From Dehalococcoidia bacterium (GTDB lineage: Bacteria > Chloroflexota > Dehalococcoidia > UBA2979): 64,000 nt of DNA. The notes under the pieces were generated by a model, which searched no databases, was not told the origin of the DNA, and saw only the letters and a program-made list of their open reading frames with translations. A program made the position numbers and the translations under genes. The stretch covers positions 1,792,001 through 1,856,000 of the forward strand of contig CAXXDN010000002.1 of NCBI GenBank assembly GCA_963667465.2, in the 5' to 3' direction. Shown here piece by piece: positions 19,911 to 29,417 of this stretch. The first letter of the stretch is position 1. Every line of letters starts with the position of its first letter.

Positions 19911-21199
19911 GGCGCCGCTGGCGGATCCGCCGGCTCGTCGAGGCGGAAGAGCTGCCGGACCGCATCCACGTAGACATCGCGGTCGCCGCGCTCGCGCAGG
20001 GCGGAGATCGGGTCGTGGAGGATGCGGCGCACGAGCGCCTTCGTCATTGCCTCGATGCGCTCGCGTTCGCCCTCGTCGAGGTCGAGCCGCCGCAGCGTGC
20101 GCTCCAGCTCGCCCTGCCGCAGCTGCTCGGCTCGCTCGCTGAGCGCGGCGATCGTGGGGGCGACCTGGAGGTGCTCCCACCACTCGAGGAAGCGCCCCGT
20201 CTCCTCCTCGACGAGCCGCTCCACGGCCTGCACCTCGGCGGCGCGGGCGTGCGCGTGGGTAGCGGCGATCTCCTGGAGGTCGTCGATGTCGCGGTAGGTC
20301 ACGCCGGGGATGGCGGCGATGCCGGGGTCGCAGGCGCGCGGCACGCCGATGTCGATGATCAGTTGCGGCGCGCCCTCGCGGCGCACGAGCGCGCTGGCGA
20401 CAGGGCCGCTGTTGAGCACGGGCTCCGGCGCGTCGGTGGCGGCGATCACCACGTCGGCCGCGGACAGCTCCGTCCCGAGGCTCTCGTAGGGCACGCTGCG
20501 CCCGCCCAGCTCCTCGGCGAGCGCCTCGGCCCTCGACTCCGTGCGGTTGCTGACGGCGATCGAACCGATGCCGTGATCGACGAGCGAGGCGGCGGCCAGC
20601 CTCCCCGCCTCGCCGGCCCCGACGACGAGCACGGCCGCGCCGGCCGGGTCGGCGCTCAGCTCCCGCGCCTGCTGCGCGGCGATCGAGGAGATCGAGAGCG
20701 CGCCGTGCCCGATCGCGGTCTCCGTGCGGGCCCGCCGCCCGAGCCGGATCGCGGTGTGGAAGAGCCGCGAGAGCAGCGCCGTGTCGGCGCCGGCCGCGAC
20801 CGTCGCCGCGAACGAGGAGCGCACCTGCCCGAGGATCTCGGACTCGCCGATCACCATCGAGTCGATCCCTGCGGCGACGGCGTAGAGGTGGCTGACCGCC
20901 TCGGCGTCGCGACGCGGCAGCAGGTAGCGGGCGCCGACGTCCGGGCCGACGCCCACGGCTTCGCAGAGGAAGCTCGTGAGTTCGGTCGGCTCGTGATTGC
21001 CCGGCACGTAGAACTCGAGGCGGTTGCAGGTGGCGACGATCGCGCCCGCGCCAAAGCGCTCGGCCACCTCGTGGCGGACGTCCGGCAGCGCCTCGGCGGC
21101 AATCGCGAAGCGTTCGCGCACGGCCAGCGGCGCGTTGCGGTGGCTGACGCCAACCATCGTGAGCATCGCGGCCGGCCCTTCGTTTCGCTCCGCCGTCAT
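19907..21199 (-). CDS. hemA: Glutamyl-tRNA reductase
   Basis: ATCNRLE, GIDSMVIGESEILGQV, GAGEAG, DIGVPR. Confidence 0.96.
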   Translation of the reverse strand: MTAERNEGPAAMLTMVGVSHRNAPLAVRERFAIAAEALPDVRHEVAERFGAGAIVATCNRLEFYVPGNHEPTELTSFLCEAVGVGPDVGARYLLPRRDAEAVSHLYAVAAGIDSMVIGESEILGQVRSSFAATVAAGADTALLSRLFHTAIRLGRRARTETAIGHGALSISSIAAQQARELSADPAGAAVLVVGAGEAGRLAAASLVDHGIGSIAVSNRTESRAEALAEELGGRSVPYESLGTELSAADVVIAATDAPEPVLNSGPVASALVRREGAPQLIIDIGVPRACDPGIAAIPGVTYRDIDDLQEIAATHAHARAAEVQAVERLVEEETGRFLEWWEHLQVAPTIAALSERAEQLRQGELERTLRRLDLDEGERERIEAMTKALVRRILHDPISALRERGDRDVYVDAVRQLFRLDEPADPPAAP

Positions 21200-21927
21200 G
21201 CCGGCTGCCCCTGCCACTCCGGGATCGCGAGCGGCCGGTCGAGGCCGAGTGACGCCACCAGACGGGCGCGAGCGGCCTCGTACTCTCCGGCGCGCAGCAG
21301 CGATCGCAGTTCGTCGTCGATAGCGGCCTGCCAGGTGTCGTTGCTGATGCGGTTCGGGCAGGCCTCGCAGAGCAGCGGGGGAGGCGGTCGCGTGCGGTCG
21401 CAGCTCGCCGCGCACTGGCGGTCGCGCTCGCGGGCCTGCACGCGCACCTCGGCGAGCAGATCGCCGAGCGCCGTCACCTCGTCGCTCAGGAACTCCTCGA
21501 GGCGCTCGCGCAGCCAGCGCGCCAGCGCCGGGCTCGCACCGCCGGTCGAGGCCGCGAGGGCGATGCGGCCGCGCTTCGCGAGCGAGGGCAGGATGAAGTC
21601 GCAGTTGGCCACGTCGTCGGCGGCGTTGACCCAGATGCCGAGCTCGCGCGCCTCGGCAGCGATGCCAGCGTTCACGGCGCCGTCGTCGGTGGCGATCATC
21701 ACGACCTCGAAACCGCGCACGTCGCCTGCCTCGTAGACGCGCGGGAGCCACGTCGCGCAGCCCTGATCGACAACCTCGCGCACGGGCGGGATCAGCTCGG
21801 GCGCGACGATCGTCACGTCCGCGCCGGCGTCGACGAGCTTGCCGAGCTTCTCGTCGGCGACGCGCCCACCGCCGACCAGCAGCACCTGCCGCCCAGCCAT
21901 CTCCACGAAGATCGGGTAGTAGCCCAC
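21196..21927 (-). CDS. sirC: Precorrin-2 dehydrogenase / sirohydrochlorin ferrochelatase (SirC/Met8/CysG-N type)
   Basis: YYPIF, LVGGGRVA, VNAADD...CDFILPS, STGGASPALA; GTG 21927 with AGGAGG. Confidence 0.88.
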   Translation of the reverse strand: MGYYPIFVEMAGRQVLLVGGGRVADEKLGKLVDAGADVTIVAPELIPPVREVVDQGCATWLPRVYEAGDVRGFEVVMIATDDGAVNAGIAAEARELGIWVNAADDVANCDFILPSLAKRGRIALAASTGGASPALARWLRERLEEFLSDEVTALGDLLAEVRVQARERDRQCAASCDRTRPPPPLLCEACPNRISNDTWQAAIDDELRSLLRAGEYEAARARLVASLGLDRPLAIPEWQGQPA

Positions 21928-21940
21928 GCCCCTCCTCGTC

Positions 21941-22582
21941 CTAGCCGTCTTGCCCATCGTCGTAGGCGGCGCTGACGCCGAGCAGGACGCGGTCGGCGAG
22001 CCCGCCGATGCGTTCCCGGGCGGCGGCGGCCTCGCGCGCGTCCATGCGGTTGCGCTCCGCCATCTGCTTCGCGGTCTCGTCGAGCGAGCGGCGGAAGAAC
22101 GTGAACGCCTCCATCGCCCGCAGCAACGGCGTATCGCGCTCGACGAGCAGCGCGCCGTAGTGGCGGCCGATCTCGTCGACCTCGTGCTCGATCCCGGCGC
22201 GCGGGCGGCGGCCCGCGATGTACTCGCCGACCAACTCGACGAGCCGGCGTCCGAGGGGGCGCAGCGCCTCGCGCTCGGACTCCTCGATCTCCTGGTACCA
22301 GCCAGTCTCGCCGCGCCCGGCGTCCAGCTTGCGGCGGATCTGCGAGACGGCCGCGCTCCGCAGATCGCCTGCGGGACCCTCGCGCGTCAGCGAGAGCAGG
22401 TCTTCCTCAGCGAAGCGGCGGTGGCCGCCGGGCGTGCGGAAGCAGCGGATCTGGCCCGAGTCCGCCCAGCGGCGCACGGTCGACTGGTTGACGCCGAGGA
22501 TTTCGCAGGCTCGGCCGAGGTTGACCCAGTTCGGCCCGGATCGCTGTCCGGAGCGCGCTGCTGCATCCTGGTTCGATACCAC
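21941..22582 (-). CDS. MerR/BldC-like (excisionase-type) HTH regulator with a helical C-terminal domain
   Basis: LGRACEILGVNQSTVRRWADSG...RTPGGHRRF; first gene of the tetrapyrrole operon. Confidence 0.85.
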   Translation of the reverse strand: MVSNQDAAARSGQRSGPNWVNLGRACEILGVNQSTVRRWADSGQIRCFRTPGGHRRFAEEDLLSLTREGPAGDLRSAAVSQIRRKLDAGRGETGWYQEIEESEREALRPLGRRLVELVGEYIAGRRPRAGIEHEVDEIGRHYGALLVERDTPLLRAMEAFTFFRRSLDETAKQMAERNRMDAREAAAARERIGGLADRVLLGVSAAYDDGQDG

Positions 22583-22729
22583 GCAAATCTACCTGTCTGA
22601 CGAGAAGACCTGAGAGGTTTCCGTTTCGGCGACCGTAGGGTAGCAACGATGCTCGGTAGGTACGAACTCCTGCCCGCAGCCCCGCGAGGTTTGCGCAGGT
22701 TCGGAGCGCCCTCGGCGGTTCTGCCCCGC

Positions 22730-23920
22730 CTACTCGCGCGGCTCCTTGCGCCCTCGCCGCAGGCCACGCCGGAGCGCCTCGCCGCCGTAGCGCCCGCGAA
22801 TCGCGTCGATCGTGTGATCGACGCTGGCGGCGCGGCGCGCCTCGGCGTCGTCGAAGCCGAGCTGCACCGCGTCCTCGACGAGGTTCGTGGCGCCGAGGCC
22901 GATCAGCCGCACGGGGCGCAGCCGCTCGCGCGCAAGCAGCTCGCCGAGCAGCGCGACGCCAACGCCGGAGAGCTCGTCGGTCAGCTGCACGGGCTGCGCG
23001 ACCGTGCGGCTGCGCGTCAGCGTCGTGAAGTCCGACCAGCGCAGTTTGAGCGTGACCGTACGCGCGCGGCGGCTCTGCTGCCGCAGGTCCGCGCCGACCC
23101 GCTCGGCGTGGGCGCGCAGCACACGGCGCAGCTCGTCGAGGTCGTTCACGTCTTCCTCGAAGGTGACTTCACGCGAGATCGATTTCGCGCCCCGGCCGCC
23201 GTCGCTGACCGGGGCCGGGTCGACGCCGCGCGCGCGGTCGGCGAGCAGCAGTCCGGCCTTGCCGAAGCGCTGCTCCAGCCAGCGCGGGTCGAGCGCCGCT
23301 GCGTCGCCGATCGTGCGCACTCCGAGCGCCGTGAGCTGCTCGCCGAGGCGCGGGCCGACCAGCGGCAGATCGCGCAGCGGCAGCGGCGCGAGGAACTCCG
23401 CGTCTTCGCCGGGCGGCACCTCGAGCAGCCCGTCCGGCTTCGCGCGATCGCTGCCGACCTTGGCGGTGGTGCGCGAGCCGGCGATGCAGGCGGAGACGGG
23501 CAGGTCCAGCTCGTCGCGGGTGCGTTCGCGGACACGCCCGGCGGCGGCCCGCGCGCCCGTGCCGCCCTCGCCGAGGCCGGTCAGGTCCGCATACGCCTCG
23601 TCGATGCCGCCGGGCTCGACGATCGGTGCGCAGTCGCGAAGGATCTCGTGGAAGGCGCGCGAGCAGGCGCTGTAGCGCTCAAGGTCCGGGGGGACGACGA
23701 CCGCCTCGGGGCAGAGCCGGAGCGCCTGCGACATCGGCTGCGCCGAATGGCAGCCGTACTCGCGCGACTCGTACGAGGCGCTGGCGACGACACCGCGCCC
23801 GCCCCGCCCGCCGACGAGCACCGGCTTGCCTCGCAGCGCGGGGTCGCGTGCCCGCTCCACGGACACGAAGAAGGTGTCGAGGTCGAAGTGTGCGATGCGG
23901 CGCGGAAGCGAGCGCTCCAC
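22730..23920 (-). CDS. dinB: DNA polymerase IV
   Basis: HFDLDTFFVSVE, VVASASYE, IDEAY, AKVGSDRAKPDG, KSISREVTF. Confidence 0.95.
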   Translation of the reverse strand: MERSLPRRIAHFDLDTFFVSVERARDPALRGKPVLVGGRGGRGVVASASYESREYGCHSAQPMSQALRLCPEAVVVPPDLERYSACSRAFHEILRDCAPIVEPGGIDEAYADLTGLGEGGTGARAAAGRVRERTRDELDLPVSACIAGSRTTAKVGSDRAKPDGLLEVPPGEDAEFLAPLPLRDLPLVGPRLGEQLTALGVRTIGDAAALDPRWLEQRFGKAGLLLADRARGVDPAPVSDGGRGAKSISREVTFEEDVNDLDELRRVLRAHAERVGADLRQQSRRARTVTLKLRWSDFTTLTRSRTVAQPVQLTDELSGVGVALLGELLARERLRPVRLIGLGATNLVEDAVQLGFDDAEARRAASVDHTIDAIRGRYGGEALRRGLRRGRKEPRE

Positions 23921-23928
23921 GGTTCAGT

Positions 23929-24382
23929 CTCCACGGGGAGCGTACCGCAACAGCGGTTGCGTGAGCGCATCTCTCTTGTGGGGGGCTGCGCCCCCCACAG
24001 CCCCCATCCCGGACGAGCGGGCGCTGCGCGCCGCTCCGGCCCACCCACCCACCCTCGGATTTTCTTTTCTGTGGGGGCTGCGCCCCCACGCCCCCTCGGA
24101 GCTTCCGAGGGCGCACCGAACCCCCCGATGACGGGCCGGCCCTCTCTCCTCCCGCGGGAGGGGGCGGGGGTGAGGGCCCCGACAGACTCCCCGAGACCGC
24201 ACCTCACCCGCGAGCGCAAGGCGCGCGTCGTTCGTGGGGGGCTGCGCCCCCTCTCCCCCCTCGGAACCATCGAGGGCGCACCGAATCCCCGAGGCAGATC
24301 CGGCCCCCTCTCCCCCCGCGGGAGGGGGCGGGGGTGAGGGGGAGCGAGCGCAGCTCGCCACTCCGACGCTCCACGGGGAGCG
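23929..24382. repeat. Patch of REP-like palindromic repeats
   Basis: Three GGGGGCTGCGCCCCC hairpins (23977, 24071, 24234); ~105-bp imperfect direct repeats 24071-24176 and 24234-24340; flanking CTCCACGGGGAGCG near 23929 and 24369. Confidence 0.85.
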
Positions 24383-24477
24383 AAACGAGCGGCGACGAAA
24401 GGTCCCCCCTCGAGGGGGGCCGCGGGCGGGCGCTCTCCCGTGGGAAAGCCAGGGCGCGGAGAATCGGGTGAGGGCGG

Positions 24478-24933
24478 CTAGAGGCCGCGCTTCGCGGGGA
24501 TCACTTCCTGTTGCACGGCTTCGTCCGGGGCGTGGCCGTTGCCGGGCGGGGCCGTCTCCAGCTCCGTCTCGATCTCTACGACGACGCCCTCGGCGACGGA
24601 CTCAGCTCCGGCTTCGGAGGTCTCTTCGTCGTCGTCGTTGCTGTTGGTCCAGGGCTCGCGCTCGTCCTTCTGGCCGGCGAGCTCCTCCTCGGTGAGGGAG
24701 GCGATCGCCTCCTCCTCGCTCTGGCCGCTGCGCAGCCGCCGCGCGATCGCGACGCCGGCGAGCACCAGCAGCGACGAGGAGACCGCCGCGCCGCCGGCGA
24801 TGAACTTGTGACGCTTCACCAGGTCCGGGAAGCGATCGAGGCCGCGGTGCGCCAGCCGCACGGCGTCGGTCGCCGTGCCCTGCAGACGTTCGCCGCCGCT
24901 GGGGTGCTTGAGTTCGTCGGGGAGCTTGCTCAT
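24478..24933 (-). CDS. Hypothetical protein (one hydrophobic segment, acidic tail)
   Basis: Good RBS-like sequence and coding-like composition; last gene after ribH. Confidence 0.65.
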   Translation of the reverse strand: MSKLPDELKHPSGGERLQGTATDAVRLAHRGLDRFPDLVKRHKFIAGGAAVSSSLLVLAGVAIARRLRSGQSEEEAIASLTEEELAGQKDEREPWTNSNDDDEETSEAGAESVAEGVVVEIETELETAPPGNGHAPDEAVQQEVIPAKRGL

Positions 24934-24977
24934 CCTCGTGTCTCCTGTGCCTGGGGCGCCGCGGCGGCGGCGAGGCC

Positions 24978-25442
24978 TCAGCCGATCTTCCGGAACAGGT
25001 TGGCCATCTCGAGCGCCGCTCGCATGGCCTCGTCGCCCTTGTTGCCCGCGGATCCGCCGGAGCGGGCCCGCGCCTGCGCCATGGTGTCGCAGGTGAGTAC
25101 GCCGAAGGCTACGGGCAGATTAAATTCCTGCGAGACCATCGTAAGCCCTCGCGCCGCCTCGCTGCACACATAATCGAAGTGCGGCGTCTCGCCGCGCACG
25201 ACCGCACCGAGGCAGACGATCGCGTCGTAGCCTCCCACGCCCGCCAGCCGTCGCGCTGCCTGCGGCAGCTCGAACGCACCCGGCACGCGCACCACGTCGA
25301 GCGCGTCGTCGCCGACGCCGCGGTCCCGAGCAGTCGCGAGCGCGCCGCGCAGCAGCGGCTCCGTCACGATCTCGTTGAAGCGCGCGACGACGACCGCGAT
25401 GCGCAGATCCGATCCGTCCAGACCGCCCTCGTAGCTGGCCAC
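24978..25442 (-). CDS. ribH: 6,7-dimethyl-8-ribityllumazine synthase
   Basis: VARFN, VPGAFELP, LGAVVRGETPHFDYV, GNKG. Confidence 0.97.
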   Translation of the reverse strand: MASYEGGLDGSDLRIAVVVARFNEIVTEPLLRGALATARDRGVGDDALDVVRVPGAFELPQAARRLAGVGGYDAIVCLGAVVRGETPHFDYVCSEAARGLTMVSQEFNLPVAFGVLTCDTMAQARARSGGSAGNKGDEAMRAALEMANLFRKIG

Positions 25443-25443
25443 G

Positions 25444-26715
25444 CTAGACCAGGTCTTCCGATTCCAGCATGTGGCCCATCTTCTCGCGCTTCGTCCGCAG
25501 GTACTCCGCGTTGTGCGCGTTCGGCTCGACCTCGATCGGCACGCGCTCGACGATCTCGAGGCCGAAGCCCTCGAGCCCGGAGCGCTTCGTCGGGTTGTTC
25601 GTCATCAGGCGCAGCTTGCGCACGCCGAGGTCGACGAGTATCTGCATACCGATGCCGTACTCGCGACTGTCGGCAGGGAGGCCAAGCGCCTCGTTCGCCT
25701 CGACGGTATCGAGGCCACTGTCCTGCAGGCGGTAGGCGCGGATCTTGTTGTGCAGGCCGATCCCGCGGCCCTCCTGGTCCATGTAGACGATCACGCCCCG
25801 GCCTTCGCTGGCGACGCGCCGGATCGCTTCCTCGAGTTGCTCGCCGCAGTCGCAGCGCAGCGAGCCGAAGACGTCGCCGGTGACGCACTGGTCATGCACG
25901 CGCGCGAGGATGGGGTCCTCGGTGTCCACGTTGCCGATCACAAAGGCCTGGTGCTCCTTCGCGTCGATCAGTGTGCGGTAGGTGACGGCGCGGAACTCGC
26001 CGTAGGCCGTCGGCAACGCCGCCTCGGCGACACGCTCGATCAGCGAGTCCATCCGCAGGCGGTAGGCGATCAGGTCGTTGACGGTGACGATGCTCATGTC
26101 GTGCTCGCGCCCGAACTCGATCAGATCAGGCATGCGCGCCATCGTGCCGTCCTCGCGCATGATTTCGCAGATCACGGCGGCCGGGTAGCGGCCCGCGAGC
26201 TTCGCGAGGTCGACCGAGGCCTCGGTCTGTCCGGCGCGCACCAGCACGCCGCCGTCACGCGCGCGCAGCGGGAACATGTGGCCCGGCTGCGTCAGATCCT
26301 CCGGGCCCGACTCGGGGTTCACGAGCACCTCGACCGTGCGAGCGCGGTCACCGGCGGAGATGCCCGTCGTGACACCCTCGGCTGCCTCGACACTGACGGT
26401 GAAGGCCGTGCTCAGCGGGGCGGTGTTGCGCGAGGTCATCAGCGGCAGGCCGAGCTTGTCGAGGCGCGCGCCGGTCATCGCGACGCAGATCAGGCCGCGC
26501 GCATGCACGGCCATGAAGTTGATCAGGTCGGGCGTGACTACGTCCGCGGGGAAGCAGACGTCGCCCTCGTTCTCGCGCCCCTCGTCGTCGACGATGATGA
26601 GCGGCTTGCCCTGGCGGAACTCCTCGATCGCGGCGCCGACCTCGATCACGAGACTCGAATCGATGGTGCTGGCGCGCGAGGACCCGCCCTCGTGGTTCGC
26701 CGGTTGCTCTGACAT
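25444..26715 (-). CDS. ribBA: DHBP synthase / GTP cyclohydrolase II
   Basis: DDEGRENEGD, RAGQTEASVDL, CVTGDVFGSLRCDCG, QEGRGIGL, MTNNP. Confidence 0.97.
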   Translation of the reverse strand: MSEQPANHEGGSSRASTIDSSLVIEVGAAIEEFRQGKPLIIVDDEGRENEGDVCFPADVVTPDLINFMAVHARGLICVAMTGARLDKLGLPLMTSRNTAPLSTAFTVSVEAAEGVTTGISAGDRARTVEVLVNPESGPEDLTQPGHMFPLRARDGGVLVRAGQTEASVDLAKLAGRYPAAVICEIMREDGTMARMPDLIEFGREHDMSIVTVNDLIAYRLRMDSLIERVAEAALPTAYGEFRAVTYRTLIDAKEHQAFVIGNVDTEDPILARVHDQCVTGDVFGSLRCDCGEQLEEAIRRVASEGRGVIVYMDQEGRGIGLHNKIRAYRLQDSGLDTVEANEALGLPADSREYGIGMQILVDLGVRKLRLMTNNPTKRSGLEGFGLEIVERVPIEVEPNAHNAEYLRTKREKMGHMLESEDLV

Positions 26716-26754
26716 CGGCCGCCGCCTTTGCCTGCTCCGCCCGGATCAAATCCC

Positions 26755-27336
26755 TTACGAGCGCGCCTCCAGCAGTTGCTCGACATACCGGGCCAGCAGA
26801 TCAGTCTCCAGATTGATGCTATCACCGGGCTGGCGGCTCGTCAGGTTCGTGTGCTCCTGCGTGTACTGCACCAGCGAGACGGAAAACGACTCCTCGTCGC
26901 GCGCCATCACGGTGAGCGAGGCGCCGTCGAGACAGACCGGGCCCTTCATCAGGATGTACGGCAGGTACTCCGCGGGCGGCCGGTAGCGGGCGATGATCGC
27001 CTCGCCCTCGGGCGTCAGGCTGTCCAGTGTGCAGGTCGTCTCCACCACGCCGCGCACGATGTGCCCGGAGAGCCGGTCCACCGGCCGCACCGAGCGCTCG
27101 AGGTTCACCCGCGCCCCGGGCGCGGCCTCGCCGAGATTGGAGCGCCGGAAGGTCTCCGGCATCACGTCGAAGCTGAGCGAGTCGTCGCCGATCGTGCGCA
27201 CGGTCAGGTCCACGCCGTTGACGGCGATCGAGTCGCCGAGCGCGACGTCTTCGAGAATCGTGCGGCAGGCGATGACCAGCGCGCCGCCCTCGCGCGCGCG
27301 GACCGCCCCGACTTCCTCGATGATTCCGGTGAACAT
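26755..27336 (-). CDS. ribE: Riboflavin synthase (alpha)
   Basis: MFTGIIEE, GDSIAVNGV, VNLER, NLETD. Confidence 0.95.
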   Translation of the reverse strand: MFTGIIEEVGAVRAREGGALVIACRTILEDVALGDSIAVNGVDLTVRTIGDDSLSFDVMPETFRRSNLGEAAPGARVNLERSVRPVDRLSGHIVRGVVETTCTLDSLTPEGEAIIARYRPPAEYLPYILMKGPVCLDGASLTVMARDEESFSVSLVQYTQEHTNLTSRQPGDSINLETDLLARYVEQLLEARS

Positions 27337-27368
27337 CGCTCGACCTCGTTCCCGCCGGGGAAAGCGTA

Positions 27369-28475
27369 CTACCCGTCGGGCCAAGCGGGCAGGCCGCTGA
27401 TCAGCGTGTCCTCGCCCAGCCGCCTGACGGTGACCTCGCGCAGCCGCGGGGCCTGCGCCATGCGTTCGACGCCGCGCCCGGCGACGGCGGCGGGCGCGGC
27501 GTCGGCGCCGATCACGAGGGGCGCGATCACCGCCTGCACGCGATCGACGAGGCGTGCGTCGAAGAGCGAGCCGAGCAGGACGCCGCCGCCCTCGAACAGC
27601 ACCGTGAGCGCGCCGCGATCGCCGAGCGCCCCGACCAGCGCGTCGAGGTCGACGTGGCCACCGGTTTCAGTCAGCACCAGCACCTCCGCGCCGCAGGCGG
27701 TCATGCGCTCGCGCCAGTCCTCGGGCGAGGCAGCGGTTGTCGCGATCAGCGTCGGCGATTCGCCGGCGAGCACGCGCGCCGCCGCAGGCGTGCGTCCGCG
27801 CGAGTCCGCGACGACGCGCAGCGGCTGGTGCGCGCCCTGAGTGCTGCCTCCCGGGCGCGCGGTCAGCTCCGGATCGTCGGCGACGACGGTCCCGGAGCCG
27901 ACCACGATCGCGTCGAGGCCCTGGCGCTGCTCGTGCGCCCATTCGCGCGTCTGCGGACCGGAGACCCAGCGCGAGTCTCCCGAGGAGGCGGCGATGCGTC
28001 CGTCGAGGGAGGCCGCGTACTTGACGATCACGAAGGGCCGGCCCGTGCGCCGCTGGTGCAGGTAACCCTCCAGTTGTGCCCTCACCTCCGTCGCGCCGTC
28101 GCCGTCCTCGACTGCGATGCCGGCGGCCTCGAGGGCGCGCCGGCCCGCTCCGCTCACCTTCGGATCCGGGTCGCCGACGGCGTAACGGACGGCTGCGACG
28201 CCGGCCTCGATCAGCGCCAATGTGCAGGGCGGCGTGCGGCCGCTGTGCGCGCAGGGCTCAAGGGTGACGAAGACCGTGGCTCCGCGCGCCCGATCGCCGG
28301 CCTCGCGCAACGCGCCGACCTCCGCGTGGTCGCCGCCCGGCGGCTGCGTGCGGCCCGCGCCGACGACCTCGCCATCGCGCACGACGACGGCGCCAACGGC
28401 TGGATTGGGCGAACTCCAGCCGAGGGCGCGGCGACCCTCATCGAGGGCCTGTTGCATGTGTTCTGAGATCGCCAC
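27369..28475 (-). CDS. ribD: Riboflavin biosynthesis deaminase/reductase
   Basis: SPNPAVG, HAE, TLEPCAHSGRTPPC, ASLDGRIA, EGGG; start approximate. Confidence 0.95.
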   Translation of the reverse strand: MAISEHMQQALDEGRRALGWSSPNPAVGAVVVRDGEVVGAGRTQPPGGDHAEVGALREAGDRARGATVFVTLEPCAHSGRTPPCTLALIEAGVAAVRYAVGDPDPKVSGAGRRALEAAGIAVEDGDGATEVRAQLEGYLHQRRTGRPFVIVKYAASLDGRIAASSGDSRWVSGPQTREWAHEQRQGLDAIVVGSGTVVADDPELTARPGGSTQGAHQPLRVVADSRGRTPAAARVLAGESPTLIATTAASPEDWRERMTACGAEVLVLTETGGHVDLDALVGALGDRGALTVLFEGGGVLLGSLFDARLVDRVQAVIAPLVIGADAAPAAVAGRGVERMAQAPRLREVTVRRLGEDTLISGLPAWPDG

Positions 28476-28566
28476 CGCGGCGCCTCGCCTCCCGCGTTCG
28501 AGCACTTGGGCGGCGATGGTACCGCGCCCGCGCGGCCGGAGCCGCACGGGCCGATCGGCTAGTCGA

Positions 28567-29373
28567 TTAGTCGATCCCGAAGACGATGTAGACGTTGACC
28601 GAGACCTGGCTCTCACCGGGAGAGACCGGCGAGGAGGAGGGCGAGGAGGAGTCGAAGGCAAACGCCGCCTCGGCATCCGCGAATCCGCGCGTCGCGAATC
28701 CGCCGGACGACTCGGAGATGGCACGCGCCTTGCCCAGCGTGACGCCCGCGAGGTCCGCGAGTTGCTGCGCACGCGCGCGTGCGTCCTCGACGGCAAGCTT
28801 GCGCGCCTCGTCGGTGTACTGCTCCGGCTCGTCGACGCGGAAGGAGATGCCGCCGACGCGGATTGCGTCGCCGCCCGCGGTCAGAGCGTCGTCGAGGACC
28901 TCCGAGATCCGGTCGATGTCGCGGACCTTGACCGCGACCCAGTTGTTCACCGTGTAGCCGATGATCTCTGGCGGGCCCTCTTCCCTGGCGTAGTCGTACT
29001 GCGGGTAGATGTTGAAGGAGCGGGTCGAGATGTCACGCTCCTCCACGCCACTGGCGAGCACGGAGTCGCGGACCTGCTGCATCGCCTCGGCCGCGCCGCT
29101 GCGAGCGAGCGCCACAGTCTCCCCGGTCACCTCGACGCCGATGTCGAACACGCCGATGTCAGGCGTCACGGTGACGCTGCCCGTCCCGTTGACGGAGATG
29201 CCGCCGTCCACTTCGGACGCCACCTGATCGAGGACTGCCTCGATAGCCGCGACCGTGACGCCGCTGTCCTCGGGCGGAGGCGCGGGCTCGACGGTGACGT
29301 CGTAGCAGGCGGCAGCTGCCAGGGTCAGCAGGGCAAGGGCCGCGAGGCCCACGATCGTGATCGCTCGTCTCAT
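28567..29373 (-). CDS. SIMPL (DUF541) domain lipoprotein
   Basis: Lipobox AAAC; ISVNGTGSVTVTPD, AVEDARARAQQLA, PGE. Confidence 0.9.
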   Translation of the reverse strand: MRRAITIVGLAALALLTLAAAACYDVTVEPAPPPEDSGVTVAAIEAVLDQVASEVDGGISVNGTGSVTVTPDIGVFDIGVEVTGETVALARSGAAEAMQQVRDSVLASGVEERDISTRSFNIYPQYDYAREEGPPEIIGYTVNNWVAVKVRDIDRISEVLDDALTAGGDAIRVGGISFRVDEPEQYTDEARKLAVEDARARAQQLADLAGVTLGKARAISESSGGFATRGFADAEAAFAFDSSSPSSSPVSPGESQVSVNVYIVFGID

Positions 29374-29417
29374 GTCCGCTCCTCCTCGCTCAGACCTTCA
29401 TTGGGTGCACATCCAGT

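Noticed and set aside
22589-22683. Glycine-riboswitch-like string (minus strand CGCCGAAACGGAAACCTCTCAGG...GACAG) upstream of the heme operon
   Set aside because: The GGAGAG element and P1 stem are poor, and a likely extended -10 box (TGCTACCCT) lies inside the would-be aptamer. An Rfam RF00504 search would settle it.
23929-24382. CRISPR array
   Set aside because: The repeats are degenerate and irregularly spaced, with no unique spacers and no cas genes.
23921-24477. SOS box upstream of dinB
   Set aside because: No GAAC-N4-GTTC match found.
28476-28566. FMN riboswitch before ribD
   Set aside because: The gap is short and has none of the conserved RFN motifs.
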